Positions 18,352 through 26,348 of a DNA stretch of 43,581 nt are shown here, one piece after another. Position 1 is the stretch's first letter. Each line of letters starts with the position of its first letter. The position numbers and the translations under genes were made by a program. The notes beneath the pieces were generated by a model. It was not told the origin of the DNA. It did not search any database and worked only from the letters and a program-made list of their open reading frames with translations. This stretch comes from Ilumatobacteraceae bacterium (GTDB lineage Bacteria > Actinomycetota > Acidimicrobiia > Acidimicrobiales > Ilumatobacteraceae): assembly GCA_049318165.1 (NCBI GenBank), contig JBMOGW010000001.1, positions 1 through 43,581 of the forward strand, in the 5' to 3' direction.

Positions 18352-19449
18352 TCACCCCCAGACGGCGAGCACCTCGCGGCGCAGGTCGTCGAAGGTGCCC
18401 GCCGCGATCGCCGCTCGCATTCGCGCCATCAGTTGGAGGGTCCACGCGACGTTGTGCAGGCTCATCAGTCGGGCCGCCGTGGGTTCGCCCACCTGGAACA
18501 GATGGCGGATGTAGCCACGGGTGTGCCGTGCGCACACTTCGCACCCGCAGTTCGGGTCGAGCGGCTCGTCACTGAGCGCCCACTTTGCGTTCTTCACGTG
18601 CAGGCGCCCGCCGTCCGTGAGGGCCGTGCCGTGGCGGCCGATCCTGGTCTGCATGACGCAGTCGAACTGGTCGACACCCAGCGCGACCGCCTCGACCAGA
18701 CTGGCCGGGTCGCCGACACCCATCAGATAGCGCGGTTGATCCTTCGGTAGATGCTCGATGGCGGCAGCCAGTGCGGGCAACATCTCGGCCCGGGTCTCCC
18801 CCACGCTGAGGCCGCCGATGCCGTAGCCGTCGAAGCCGACCTCCACGGTCCGCTGGGCGCTCTCGGCGCGCATCGACTCGCTGATCCCGCCCTGCACGAT
18901 GCCGAACAGGGCCTGGTCGTCACGACGGTGCGCCGCTTTCGCCCGAGCGGCCCATGCCGACGTCCGCTCGAGGCCGAGTCGCACCACATCGGGCGTCGAC
19001 GGCAGCGAGACGCACACGTCGAGCACCATCTGGATGTCGGCGCCGAGCAGTTCCTGCGTCTGGACCGCGATCTCCGGGGTGAAGCGATGCTTCGAACCGT
19101 CGTAGGTGCTCTTGAAGGTGACACCGTCGTCGTCCACCTTCGGGTCGAGCGAGAACACCTGGAAGCCGCCCGAGTCGGTGAGCGTCAGCCCGCCCCAGGC
19201 GGCGAACTTCCCGAGGCCACCGAACTGCGCCACGGTGTCGGCACCGGGACGGAGCATCAGGTGATACGTGTTGCCGAGGACGATCTCCGCGCCCAGGCGC
19301 TCGTAATCGGCGGCGCTGAGGTACTTGATGGCGCCACGTGTGCCCACCGGCATGAAGCACGGCGTGCGATAGCTGCCGCGGGCCGTGGTGGCGACGCCGG
19401 TGCGGGCGGCGCCGTCGACGGCGCTGGCTTCGAAATGGACGCGATGCAC
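18352..19449 (-). CDS. tgt: Queuine tRNA-ribosyltransferase
   Basis: 365 aa. Motifs: TPCFMPVGTRGAIK, TDSGGFQVFSL and the zinc site CGCEVCARHTRGYIRHL. The start codon reads as GTG. Confidence 0.95.
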   Translation of the reverse strand: MHRVHFEASAVDGAARTGVATTARGSYRTPCFMPVGTRGAIKYLSAADYERLGAEIVLGNTYHLMLRPGADTVAQFGGLGKFAAWGGLTLTDSGGFQVFSLDPKVDDDGVTFKSTYDGSKHRFTPEIAVQTQELLGADIQMVLDVCVSLPSTPDVVRLGLERTSAWAARAKAAHRRDDQALFGIVQGGISESMRAESAQRTVEVGFDGYGIGGLSVGETRAEMLPALAAAIEHLPKDQPRYLMGVGDPASLVEAVALGVDQFDCVMQTRIGRHGTALTDGGRLHVKNAKWALSDEPLDPNCGCEVCARHTRGYIRHLFQVGEPTAARLMSLHNVAWTLQLMARMRAAIAAGTFDDLRREVLAVWG

Positions 19450-19506
19450 GGCCGGAAGGGTACGGGCGCCAACGCGTCGAGCGGGCGGGCGCTCCGAGCG
19501 GGCGGG

Positions 19507-19683
19507 TCACACCAGATCGAGCGCGCCCCCGAAGCGACGTACACGCCGCGAGGCCGACAGCGCGGCGCGGTACGTGATCCGCCCATCGACCACACCACGC
19601 ACCACCACACCGGCCGCCACCAGGCGCATCAACATCTCCTCCGCCCCCGCCACGCCGCCGGCCTCCAGCTCGGCCGAGGTCAT
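19507..19683 (-). CDS. Small hypothetical protein (58 aa), wing-like C-terminus
   Basis: From ATG at 19683: MTSAELEAGGVAGAEEMLMRLVAAGVVVRGVVDGRITYRAALSASRRVRRFGGALDLV. GC3 is high. LVAAGVVVRGVVDGRITY resembles the helix-wing part of a winged-helix domain (by eye only). The upstream part of the track ORF is junk. Confidence 0.35.
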   Translation of the reverse strand: MTSAELEAGGVAGAEEMLMRLVAAGVVVRGVVDGRITYRAALSASRRVRRFGGALDLV

Positions 19684-19823
19684 CTCTCCGCCACGATCGC
19701 CCCGAGCCGCGCCATGGCCACCGGTTCTGCGATCACCGAACCACCCACCACGGCGACGACGATGACGCCGAACGTCGCGAGGGTCGGCGCGCGGAGCTGG
19801 GTCTGCGCACGGTTTCTGGACAC
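19680..19823 (-). CDS. Tiny hypothetical single-TM protein (47 aa), ATGA-coupled to the 58-aa ORF
   Basis: Hand translation from GTG at 19823 gives VSRNRAQTQLRAPTLATFGVIVVAVVGGSVIAEPVAMARLGAIVAER. Its TGA overlaps the ATG of the next ORF. Not listed in the ORF track (too short). Confidence 0.3.
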   Translation of the reverse strand: MSRNRAQTQLRAPTLATFGVIVVAVVGGSVIAEPVAMARLGAIVAER

Positions 19824-19897
19824 AACGGCACATCAACTTCCAATGAACCGTCTTCAAATGAACCGATCGGCCTGTTTCGACCGAGCGTGAGCCTCGC

Positions 19898-20908
19898 TTA
19901 CAGGGCGTGACGGTCGAGCAGCATCGCGTCGCCGAAGCTGAGGAATCGGTACTGCTCGGCCAGGGCGGTGGCGTACAACGAGCGCCAGCGCGCGCCGACG
20001 AAGGCGTCGATCATCATCAACAGCGTGGTGCGCGGCATGTGGAAGTTGGTCATCATCACGTCGACCGTCTTCCACTCGTACGGCTGATGGATGAACAGTC
20101 GAGTGCGTCCCTCCGGCTCACCGAACGTCGCCGCGCTCTCGAGCGCGCGGACGCTGGTGGTGCCCACGGCCACCACCCGCTTGGCCTCGCGGCACGCGGC
20201 CGCGGTCTCAACGGGCACGCGATACCGCTCGCTGTGGATGGCGTGGTCGCGCGGGTCGGCCTCGCTGACCGGCTTGAACGTGTCGAGGCCCACCACCAGC
20301 TCGACACGAGCGGTGGGGATGCCGGCCGCAGCGATGGCGCCGAGCAGCTCGGGCGTGAAGTGCAAGCCGGCGGTGGGAGCGGCGGCAGAGCCCGGTTCGT
20401 TGGAATAGACGGTCTGGTACCGCTCGGGCTGGTCGAGGCGAGCGGTGATGTAGGGCGGCAGCGGCATCTCGCCGTGCCGTTGCAGCAGGTCGAGCGGCGC
20501 GGCGTCGCCGATCAGTTCGATCAGCATCGTGTCGCCCGCGGCGGTGCGGTCTCCGATGCGCACGAGCGGCTCGTCGCCCGAGAGCAGCTCCTCACCACGC
20601 TTCAGCTTGCGCGCAGGACGCACCAACGCTTCCCACACGCGGCGCTCGGCGTCCTGCGGCTCGAGCAGGAGCACCTCGGCCGCACCACCGGTGGTGCGGG
20701 TGAGGTGCAGGCGCGCGGGGATCACCCGGCTGTCGTTGACGACCAGCAGGTCCCCCTCGCGAAGGAACTCGAGCAGGTCGCGCACGTGGCGATGCAGCGG
20801 GGCGGCACTCCCCTGATCCACCAGCAGGCGCGCGGAGTCGCGCGGTTCGACCGGGTGTTGCGCGATGCGCGCATCCGGCAGCTGGTAGTCGAAGTCCTCG
20901 AGCTTCAG
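19898..20908 (-). CDS. queA: S-adenosylmethionine:tRNA ribosyltransferase-isomerase
   Basis: The conserved N-terminus [30 protein letters not shown] begins at a CTG (20908..20906) that overlaps the icd TGA. The only in-frame canonical upstream start is GTG at 20968, which gives a 64-nt overlap with icd. The C-terminal block is [10 protein letters not shown]...[11 protein letters not shown]...[10 protein letters not shown]. Confidence 0.85.
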   Translation of the reverse strand: MKLEDFDYQLPDARIAQHPVEPRDSARLLVDQGSAAPLHRHVRDLLEFLREGDLLVVNDSRVIPARLHLTRTTGGAAEVLLLEPQDAERRVWEALVRPARKLKRGEELLSGDEPLVRIGDRTAAGDTMLIELIGDAAPLDLLQRHGEMPLPPYITARLDQPERYQTVYSNEPGSAAAPTAGLHFTPELLGAIAAAGIPTARVELVVGLDTFKPVSEADPRDHAIHSERYRVPVETAAACREAKRVVAVGTTSVRALESAATFGEPEGRTRLFIHQPYEWKTVDVMMTNFHMPRTTLLMMIDAFVGARWRSLYATALAEQYRFLSFGDAMLLDRHAL

Positions 20909-22122
20909 GCCATCTTCTCCTGGAGGCGGCGGTCCAACGCGTCGAGGAAGTCCTCGGTGGTCAGCCACGGGGCGTCCTTGCTGATCAGCAGCGCGAGGTC
21001 CTTGGTCATCTCGCCGGCCTCGACGGCCTCGATGCACACCGACTCGAGTGCGCGGGCGAAGTTCACCACGTCGGGGGTGCCGTCCATCTGGCCGCGGTAC
21101 GTGAGGCCCTGGGTCCAGGCGTAGATCGACGCGATCGGGTTGGTCGACGTCTTGTTGCCCTTCTGGTGCTCGCGGTAGTGGCGGGTCACGGTGCCGTGGG
21201 CGGCCTCGGCCTCGACGGTCTTGCCGTCCGGCGTCATCAGCACGCTGGTCATCAGGCCGAGCGAGCCGAAGCCCTGCGCCACCGTGTCGGACTGCACGTC
21301 GCCGTCGTAGTTCTTGCACGCCCACACGTAGCCGCCCTCCCACTTCATGGCGCTGGCGACCATGTCGTCGATGAGGCGGTGCTCGTACGTGAGACCGAGG
21401 GCGTCCATCTCGGCCTTGAACTCGTGCTCGTACACCTCCTGGAAGATGTCCTTGAACTGGCCGTCGTACGCCTTGAGGATCGTGTTCTTCGTCGACAGGT
21501 ACACCGGGTAGTTGCGCAGGATGCCGTAGCGCAGCGACGCACGGGCGAAGTCGCGGATGCTGTCGTTGAAGTTGTACATGCCCATGGCCACGCCACCGTC
21601 GGCACCGAAGTCGGCCACCTTCATCTCGACGGGCTCGCTGCCGTCGGCGGGGATGTAGGTCATCATCACGGTGCCCGCCCCGGGCACCTTGTAGTCGGTC
21701 GCCTTGTACTGGTCGCCGTGGGCGTGACGGCCGATGACGATCGGCTTCGTCCAACCCGGCACCAGGCGCGGGATGTTGGAGATGACGATCGGCTCACGGA
21801 AGATCACGCCGCCGAGGATGTTGCGGATCGTGCCGTTCGGGCTCTTCCACATCTTCTTCAGGTCGAACTCCTCGACACGGGCCTCGTCGGGGGTGATGGT
21901 GGCGCACTTCACGGCGACACCGTGGCGCTTGGTGGCGTTCGCCGAGTCGATGGTGACCTGGTCGTCGGTGGCGTCGCGGTGCTCGATGCCGAGGTCGTAG
22001 TAGTCGAGTTCGATGTCGAGGTACGGGAGGATCAGCTTGTCCTTGATGAACTGCCAGATGATCCGGGTCATCTCGTCGCCGTCCATCTCGACGACCGGGT
22101 TCGCCACCTTGATCTTCGACAT
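20905..22122 (-). CDS. icd: NADP-dependent isocitrate dehydrogenase (about 405-aa eukaryote-like dimeric type)
   Basis: From ATG at 22122: [36 protein letters not shown]...KCATITPDE...[14 protein letters not shown]...[20 protein letters not shown] lies upstream as a weak RBS. Confidence 0.95.
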   Translation of the reverse strand: MSKIKVANPVVEMDGDEMTRIIWQFIKDKLILPYLDIELDYYDLGIEHRDATDDQVTIDSANATKRHGVAVKCATITPDEARVEEFDLKKMWKSPNGTIRNILGGVIFREPIVISNIPRLVPGWTKPIVIGRHAHGDQYKATDYKVPGAGTVMMTYIPADGSEPVEMKVADFGADGGVAMGMYNFNDSIRDFARASLRYGILRNYPVYLSTKNTILKAYDGQFKDIFQEVYEHEFKAEMDALGLTYEHRLIDDMVASAMKWEGGYVWACKNYDGDVQSDTVAQGFGSLGLMTSVLMTPDGKTVEAEAAHGTVTRHYREHQKGNKTSTNPIASIYAWTQGLTYRGQMDGTPDVVNFARALESVCIEAVEAGEMTKDLALLISKDAPWLTTEDFLDALDRRLQEKMA

Positions 22123-22248
22123 CTCGTGCTCGCTTCCGCCGACCACCGTCGGCAACTTGTATCGGACTTGTACACCTTAGCTCGTCCGCACGGCCCACTC
22201 GCAAATTGTTGACCAGTTCAGTCGGGTTTGCCGTTAGGCTCTGCCACC

Positions 22249-22716
22249 ATGACGAGCCCGCAGGCGGCCACCGGCTCCGGTGCCGCGGACATCAACTCCT
22301 GGCACCTGACCGCGTCACGCTCGAGCCACCCCTCGGCCGCACCGACACTGCTCGGCCCCGGCGACCTCCTTCGCGAGATCGCTGCCGGCATCGGTGCCGT
22401 GACGGTCCCCCACGGCCTCGACGGGTCGCGGCCGTCGCGGCTCACACGCGAGATGGTGCTGAGCACGCCCGCATACGACGTGTGGGTGATGCACTGGCCG
22501 GCGGGCGAGGCCGCCGCGCTGCACACGCACGACGCGCACGTCGCGTTCCACGTCGTCGACGGCGCCGTCACCGAGGAACGCCCCTCGGGCGACCGCGTGT
22601 TGCGCCTCGAACTGCGCACCGGCGACACATCCGTCGTCGCCCCCGGCGTCCCCCACCGACTCGTCAGCATCGTGGACACCACGACCGTCCACGTCCACGC
22701 CAAAGAACTCGACTGA
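22249..22716 (+). CDS. Cupin, cysteine-dioxygenase type I-like (thiol dioxygenase family)
   Basis: Cupin motif 1 reads G-EAAAL-H-T-H, with no Glu following the HxH. Motif 2 has His in PGVPHRL. The overall pattern YDVWVMHWPAGEAAALHTHDAHVAFHVVDGAVTEE matches bacterial CDO-like proteins. The track start is TTG at 22228; I prefer ATG at 22249. Confidence 0.65.
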   Translation: MTSPQAATGSGAADINSWHLTASRSSHPSAAPTLLGPGDLLREIAAGIGAVTVPHGLDGSRPSRLTREMVLSTPAYDVWVMHWPAGEAAALHTHDAHVAFHVVDGAVTEERPSGDRVLRLELRTGDTSVVAPGVPHRLVSIVDTTTVHVHAKELD

Positions 22717-22782
22717 CCACCACGCCGACGATCGTCCGATCGATTGAGCCTCCTCGGCGGGGCGGTCGTAGCATCGCCGCCG

Positions 22783-23883
22783 ATGGACTTCTCCTGGACC
22801 AGCGAGCAGATCGCCCTGCGTGAGAAGGCGGCGCACGTCGCCGCCGACGCCGTGGCGCGGTTCGGCCGCTCGAACGACTCGTGGATCAACGGCTACTCGA
22901 AGGAGTTCTCGAAGGAACTCGCCTCGCACGGGTGGATCGGCATGACCTGGCCCGACAACCCGTACAGCGGCCAGGCCAGCCCGGCCATCGACCGACTCAT
23001 CGTCGGTGAGGAACTGATCGCGGCGGGCGCGCCGATCGCGGCGTCGTGGTTCGCCGACCGGCAGATGGGACCGGCACTGCTGGCCTACGGCACGGCCGAA
23101 CAGCAGGCAGAGTTCCTGCCGGGCATCGTCGCCGGCGAGACGACGTGGTGCATCGGCATGAGCGAGCCCAACGCAGGCAGCGACCTGGCCAGCCTGAAGA
23201 CGTCGGCCGAACGCGTCGGTGACGAGTTCGTGATCAACGGCCAGAAGATCTGGACCAGCTTCGGCGCCGTCGCCGACTACTGCTACCTGATCTGCCGCAC
23301 CCGTGCGGACGGGCCGCCCCATGCCGGCATCAGCGAGGTCATCGTCCCGATGAACACGCCGGGCATCGAGGTGCGCCCGATCAAGGACATGACCACCAAC
23401 CGGCACTTCAGCGAGGTGTTCTTCACCGACGTGCGCGTGCCCGTGGCGAACCTGGTGGGCGTCGAAGGTGCAGCGTTCAAGCAGACGATGCGCCAGCTCG
23501 AGCACGAGCGAGGCGGCATCGACCGCCTGGTGAGCAACCAGGCGCTGTACCGGATGGCGCTGGAGCACGCCGATCTCACGGATCCGCTGGTGCGCGACGC
23601 AGTGGCCGACATCGAGATCAAGTACCGAATCGGCCGCATCCTGGTGGTGCGCGAGGTGCTGCGTCAGGCGCCGGCCGGCTTCAGCGCGGCGACGAAGTGC
23701 TTCTGCACCGAACACGAGGTGCGTGTCGCCGATTTCGTCGCCCGGGTGCTCGGCCCGGCGGCGACGCTGTGGGACGACGTGACGCGCGGCCTGGTCTACG
23801 CGCCCGGCTACACGATCATGGGTGGCACCTCGAACGTGATGCGCAACATCCTCGGCGAACGGGTGCTCGGCCTCCCTCGCTGA
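22783..23883 (+). CDS. Acyl-CoA dehydrogenase family protein
   Basis: From ATG at 22783 (MDFSWTSEQIALREKA...). Motifs: CIGMSEPNAGSDLASL, INGQKIWTSFG, and a C-terminal IMGGTSNVMRNILGERVLGLP. The track start is TTG at 22744. Confidence 0.9.
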   Translation: MDFSWTSEQIALREKAAHVAADAVARFGRSNDSWINGYSKEFSKELASHGWIGMTWPDNPYSGQASPAIDRLIVGEELIAAGAPIAASWFADRQMGPALLAYGTAEQQAEFLPGIVAGETTWCIGMSEPNAGSDLASLKTSAERVGDEFVINGQKIWTSFGAVADYCYLICRTRADGPPHAGISEVIVPMNTPGIEVRPIKDMTTNRHFSEVFFTDVRVPVANLVGVEGAAFKQTMRQLEHERGGIDRLVSNQALYRMALEHADLTDPLVRDAVADIEIKYRIGRILVVREVLRQAPAGFSAATKCFCTEHEVRVADFVARVLGPAATLWDDVTRGLVYAPGYTIMGGTSNVMRNILGERVLGLPR

Positions 23884-23910
23884 CGGGCACCGTGATCTAC
23901 GGTCTGCGGC

Positions 23911-25227
23911 ATGGCAGACCTGTTGGACATCTCCACCCGCATCATCGACAGCGGCCACGTCGACCAGCCGGTCAACCGCGTCACGAACGAGTTGAGCGAG
24001 GTGGCGGACGGCATCGCAATGGTCGAGAGCTTCAGCCACTGCGTCGCGCTCGACACCGCAGACGGCCTGGTGTGCTTCGACGCGTCCGGTGTCGGCACGG
24101 GTCAGGCGGTGCGCGAGTCGCTGCGCGGCTGGAGCACGCAGCGGGTGAGCCACCTCGTCTACACGCACGGTCATGCCGACCACGTCGGCGGCAGCATGTA
24201 CTTCGCGGACGACCAGCCGACGGTGGTCGGCCACGAGAACGTCGCCGCACGCCTCGACCGCTACGACTTCACCAACAACTGGAGCCTGATCATCAACCAC
24301 CGCCAGTTCGGCGGGATCTCGGGCGACCTGAACCTGACCGTGGGCGACGCGGGTGACCCACTCGCCGTGCCGGCGCTGACGGCACGCCGCTTCCTGCCCA
24401 AGGCGACACTGCGACCGGACCAGACGTTCGCGACGGAGCACCACATCACCGTGGGCGACACGCAGATCGACCTGCACCATGCCCGAGGCGAGACCGACGA
24501 TCACCTGTGGGCTTGGTTGCCCGACCGCAAGGCCGTGATGACGGGCGACTTCCTGATCTGGAACTTCCCGAATGCCGGCAACCCGCAGAAGGTGCAGCGC
24601 TACCCGATCGAGTGGGCCGCAGCGCTGCGGACCATGATCGCCCAGGGCCCCGAACTGCTGCTGCCCGCGCATGGCCTGCCGATCGTCGGCAAGGAGCGCA
24701 TCGCCCGCGTGCTCGACGATGTCGCCACCGCACTGGAGGACCTCGTGCGCGAAGTGGTCGCACGGATGAACGCGGGCGACACCCTCGACACGATCGTCCA
24801 CGCGGTGTCGGTGCCTCCGGAGACGCTCGCCAAGCCCTACCTGCGGCCGTTGTACGACGAGCCCGAGTTCGTGGTGCGCGGCATCTGGCGCCAATTCGGC
24901 GGTTGGTGGGACGGTGCCGCATCGCGCCTGAAGCCCTCCCCGGACGCGGTCGTCGCCGCAGCGGTCGCGGAGTTGGCGGGAGGAGCCGACGTGCTGGTGC
25001 GCCGCGCGCAGCAGGCCGCCTCGGACGGCGATCTGCGCCTGGCATGCCACTTCGCCGACTTCGCCGGCTGGGCAGCACCCGACGACCCGGATGTGCACGC
25101 CGCCCGAGCCGAGATCTTCCTCGCCCGGCGCAAGGCCGAACTGAGCCTGATGAGCAAGGGCATCTTCGCCGCCGCCGCCCGCGAGTCGCAGCAGGTCGTC
25201 GACCGCCACTCGCCTACTGACGGCTGA
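23911..25227 (+). CDS. MBL-fold metallo-hydrolase, alkyl/aryl-sulfatase-like (with dimerisation domain, no SCP2 tail)
   Basis: HxHxDH motif YTHGHADHVGG. The later region LYDEPEFVVRGIWRQFGGWWDG...GDLRLACHFADFAGWAAPDD resembles the alkyl-sulfatase dimerisation domain. At 438 aa it is too short to include the C-terminal SCP2-like domain of SdsA1-type enzymes. Confidence 0.75.
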   Translation: MADLLDISTRIIDSGHVDQPVNRVTNELSEVADGIAMVESFSHCVALDTADGLVCFDASGVGTGQAVRESLRGWSTQRVSHLVYTHGHADHVGGSMYFADDQPTVVGHENVAARLDRYDFTNNWSLIINHRQFGGISGDLNLTVGDAGDPLAVPALTARRFLPKATLRPDQTFATEHHITVGDTQIDLHHARGETDDHLWAWLPDRKAVMTGDFLIWNFPNAGNPQKVQRYPIEWAAALRTMIAQGPELLLPAHGLPIVGKERIARVLDDVATALEDLVREVVARMNAGDTLDTIVHAVSVPPETLAKPYLRPLYDEPEFVVRGIWRQFGGWWDGAASRLKPSPDAVVAAAVAELAGGADVLVRRAQQAASDGDLRLACHFADFAGWAAPDDPDVHAARAEIFLARRKAELSLMSKGIFAAAARESQQVVDRHSPTDG

Positions 25228-26056
25228 GCGTCACCACCACGACCGCCACGACGGCCAGCACCATCCCCACGGCCTGCCAGCGGCCGATGCGCTCCTTGTC
25301 GATCGTGCTCGCCAACACGACCGTGCTCGCCGGGTAGAGCGACGCGATCACGGCCACCACCGACAGCAGACCGCTGCGCGCGGCGGCGAGATAGAGCCAG
25401 TTCGACGACATGTCGATGGCGCCGACCACCATCGAGAGGTACAGCGACGGCCGATGCCCGGAGGGCCGGGCCCGCAACGACAGCGCGAGCACGACGAGCA
25501 TCGGCACCGACGACAGGCGCGCGATCACCAACGGCCAGAGCCCGGAGTCCGGGTCGGCACGATCGAATGCGACGAAGAGGATGCCGAAGCACACACCGAC
25601 GAGCACGGCGAGCACGAGGATCGAGCGGGGCGTGTTGTGCTGGTGGGTGCCGAGCGCGCCGCTCACCAGCGCGACGGCGACCACTGCGAGGACGATGCCG
25701 ATGAGCGACAGCGCCGACGGTCGCTCTCCGGTGCTCAGCGCCCAGACGACCGGCACCACGGCCCCCACGACGGCGCTCGTCGGGGCGACGACGGTGACGT
25801 CACCGTGCGACAGCCCGTGGTACAGCCCCGCGATGCCCAGCGCACCGGCCACGCCGCCGAAGGCAGACCAGGCCCAGGTCGCCGCGTCGGGCGCCGCGGT
25901 GCCCACGAATGCCACCGCGACCACGACGAGCACCAGGCTGACGATCTGCCCGAGCAGCGCCACCAACACGCTCGGTTGGTGGCGGCTGGCGCGCCCGCCC
26001 AGATAGTCGCCGACGCCGTAGACGAGCGCGGAGCCGAGTGCGAGGACGACGGGCAT
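25214..26056 (-). CDS. DMT-superfamily (EamA-like) transporter
   Basis: 280 aa, about 10 hydrophobic helices, with internal duplication typical of EamA. Its TAG stop overlaps the MBL gene 3' end by 14 nt (convergent). Confidence 0.85.
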   Translation of the reverse strand: MPVVLALGSALVYGVGDYLGGRASRHQPSVLVALLGQIVSLVLVVVAVAFVGTAAPDAATWAWSAFGGVAGALGIAGLYHGLSHGDVTVVAPTSAVVGAVVPVVWALSTGERPSALSLIGIVLAVVAVALVSGALGTHQHNTPRSILVLAVLVGVCFGILFVAFDRADPDSGLWPLVIARLSSVPMLVVLALSLRARPSGHRPSLYLSMVVGAIDMSSNWLYLAAARSGLLSVVAVIASLYPASTVVLASTIDKERIGRWQAVGMVLAVVAVVVVTLSRQ

Positions 26057-26107
26057 GGTCGCCCAGTCAAGCAGGTGGCCGACGCGACGCCGACGACCCG
26101 GTTCGGG

Positions 26108-26341
26108 TCAGCGCAGTTGCGACCGCACCATGTCGATCACGTCGTCGCGCAGCTCGTCCGGCGGGTCGAGCCACACCGCAGCGCTCGAGAGCAGCGGGGC
26201 GATCGCCTCGCTCGGCTCGTACGTGTACGCCATGACCGGCGCCAGTTCCATCGCCGCATCGTGTTCCGGTGTCCCCTCCGGCGTTCCATGCATGCCGACA
26301 GTACGCCCAACCGCTTCGTTCGGTTCCGAAACGGCGTACAC
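26108..26341 (-). CDS. Small acidic hypothetical protein (77 aa, or 47 aa from the internal ATG at 26251), co-directional with the ECF sigma gene
   Basis: MYAVSEPNEAVGRTVGMHGTPEGTPEHDAAMELAPVMAYTYEPSEAIAPLLSSAAVWLDPPDELRDDVIDMVRSQLR. It has no Cys and no TM segment. GC3 is strong only from MELAPV onward. It starts 7 nt after the sigma stop. Confidence 0.4.
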   Translation of the reverse strand: MYAVSEPNEAVGRTVGMHGTPEGTPEHDAAMELAPVMAYTYEPSEAIAPLLSSAAVWLDPPDELRDDVIDMVRSQLR

Positions 26342-26348
26342 GCCGCCG

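Noticed and set aside
22783-23883. Calling the ACAD a 3-sulfinopropionyl-CoA desulfinase outright
   Set aside because: A Glu in LEHERGG plausibly aligns with the IVD/LCAD-type catalytic base, so an ordinary dehydrogenase is at least as likely. It is kept only as a hypothesis within the cluster finding.
22315-25209. 964-aa minus-strand ORF
   Set aside because: It is antisense to three plus-strand genes with clear family motifs (cupin, ACAD, MBL). It has no motifs of its own and a biased V/A/R/D/G composition.
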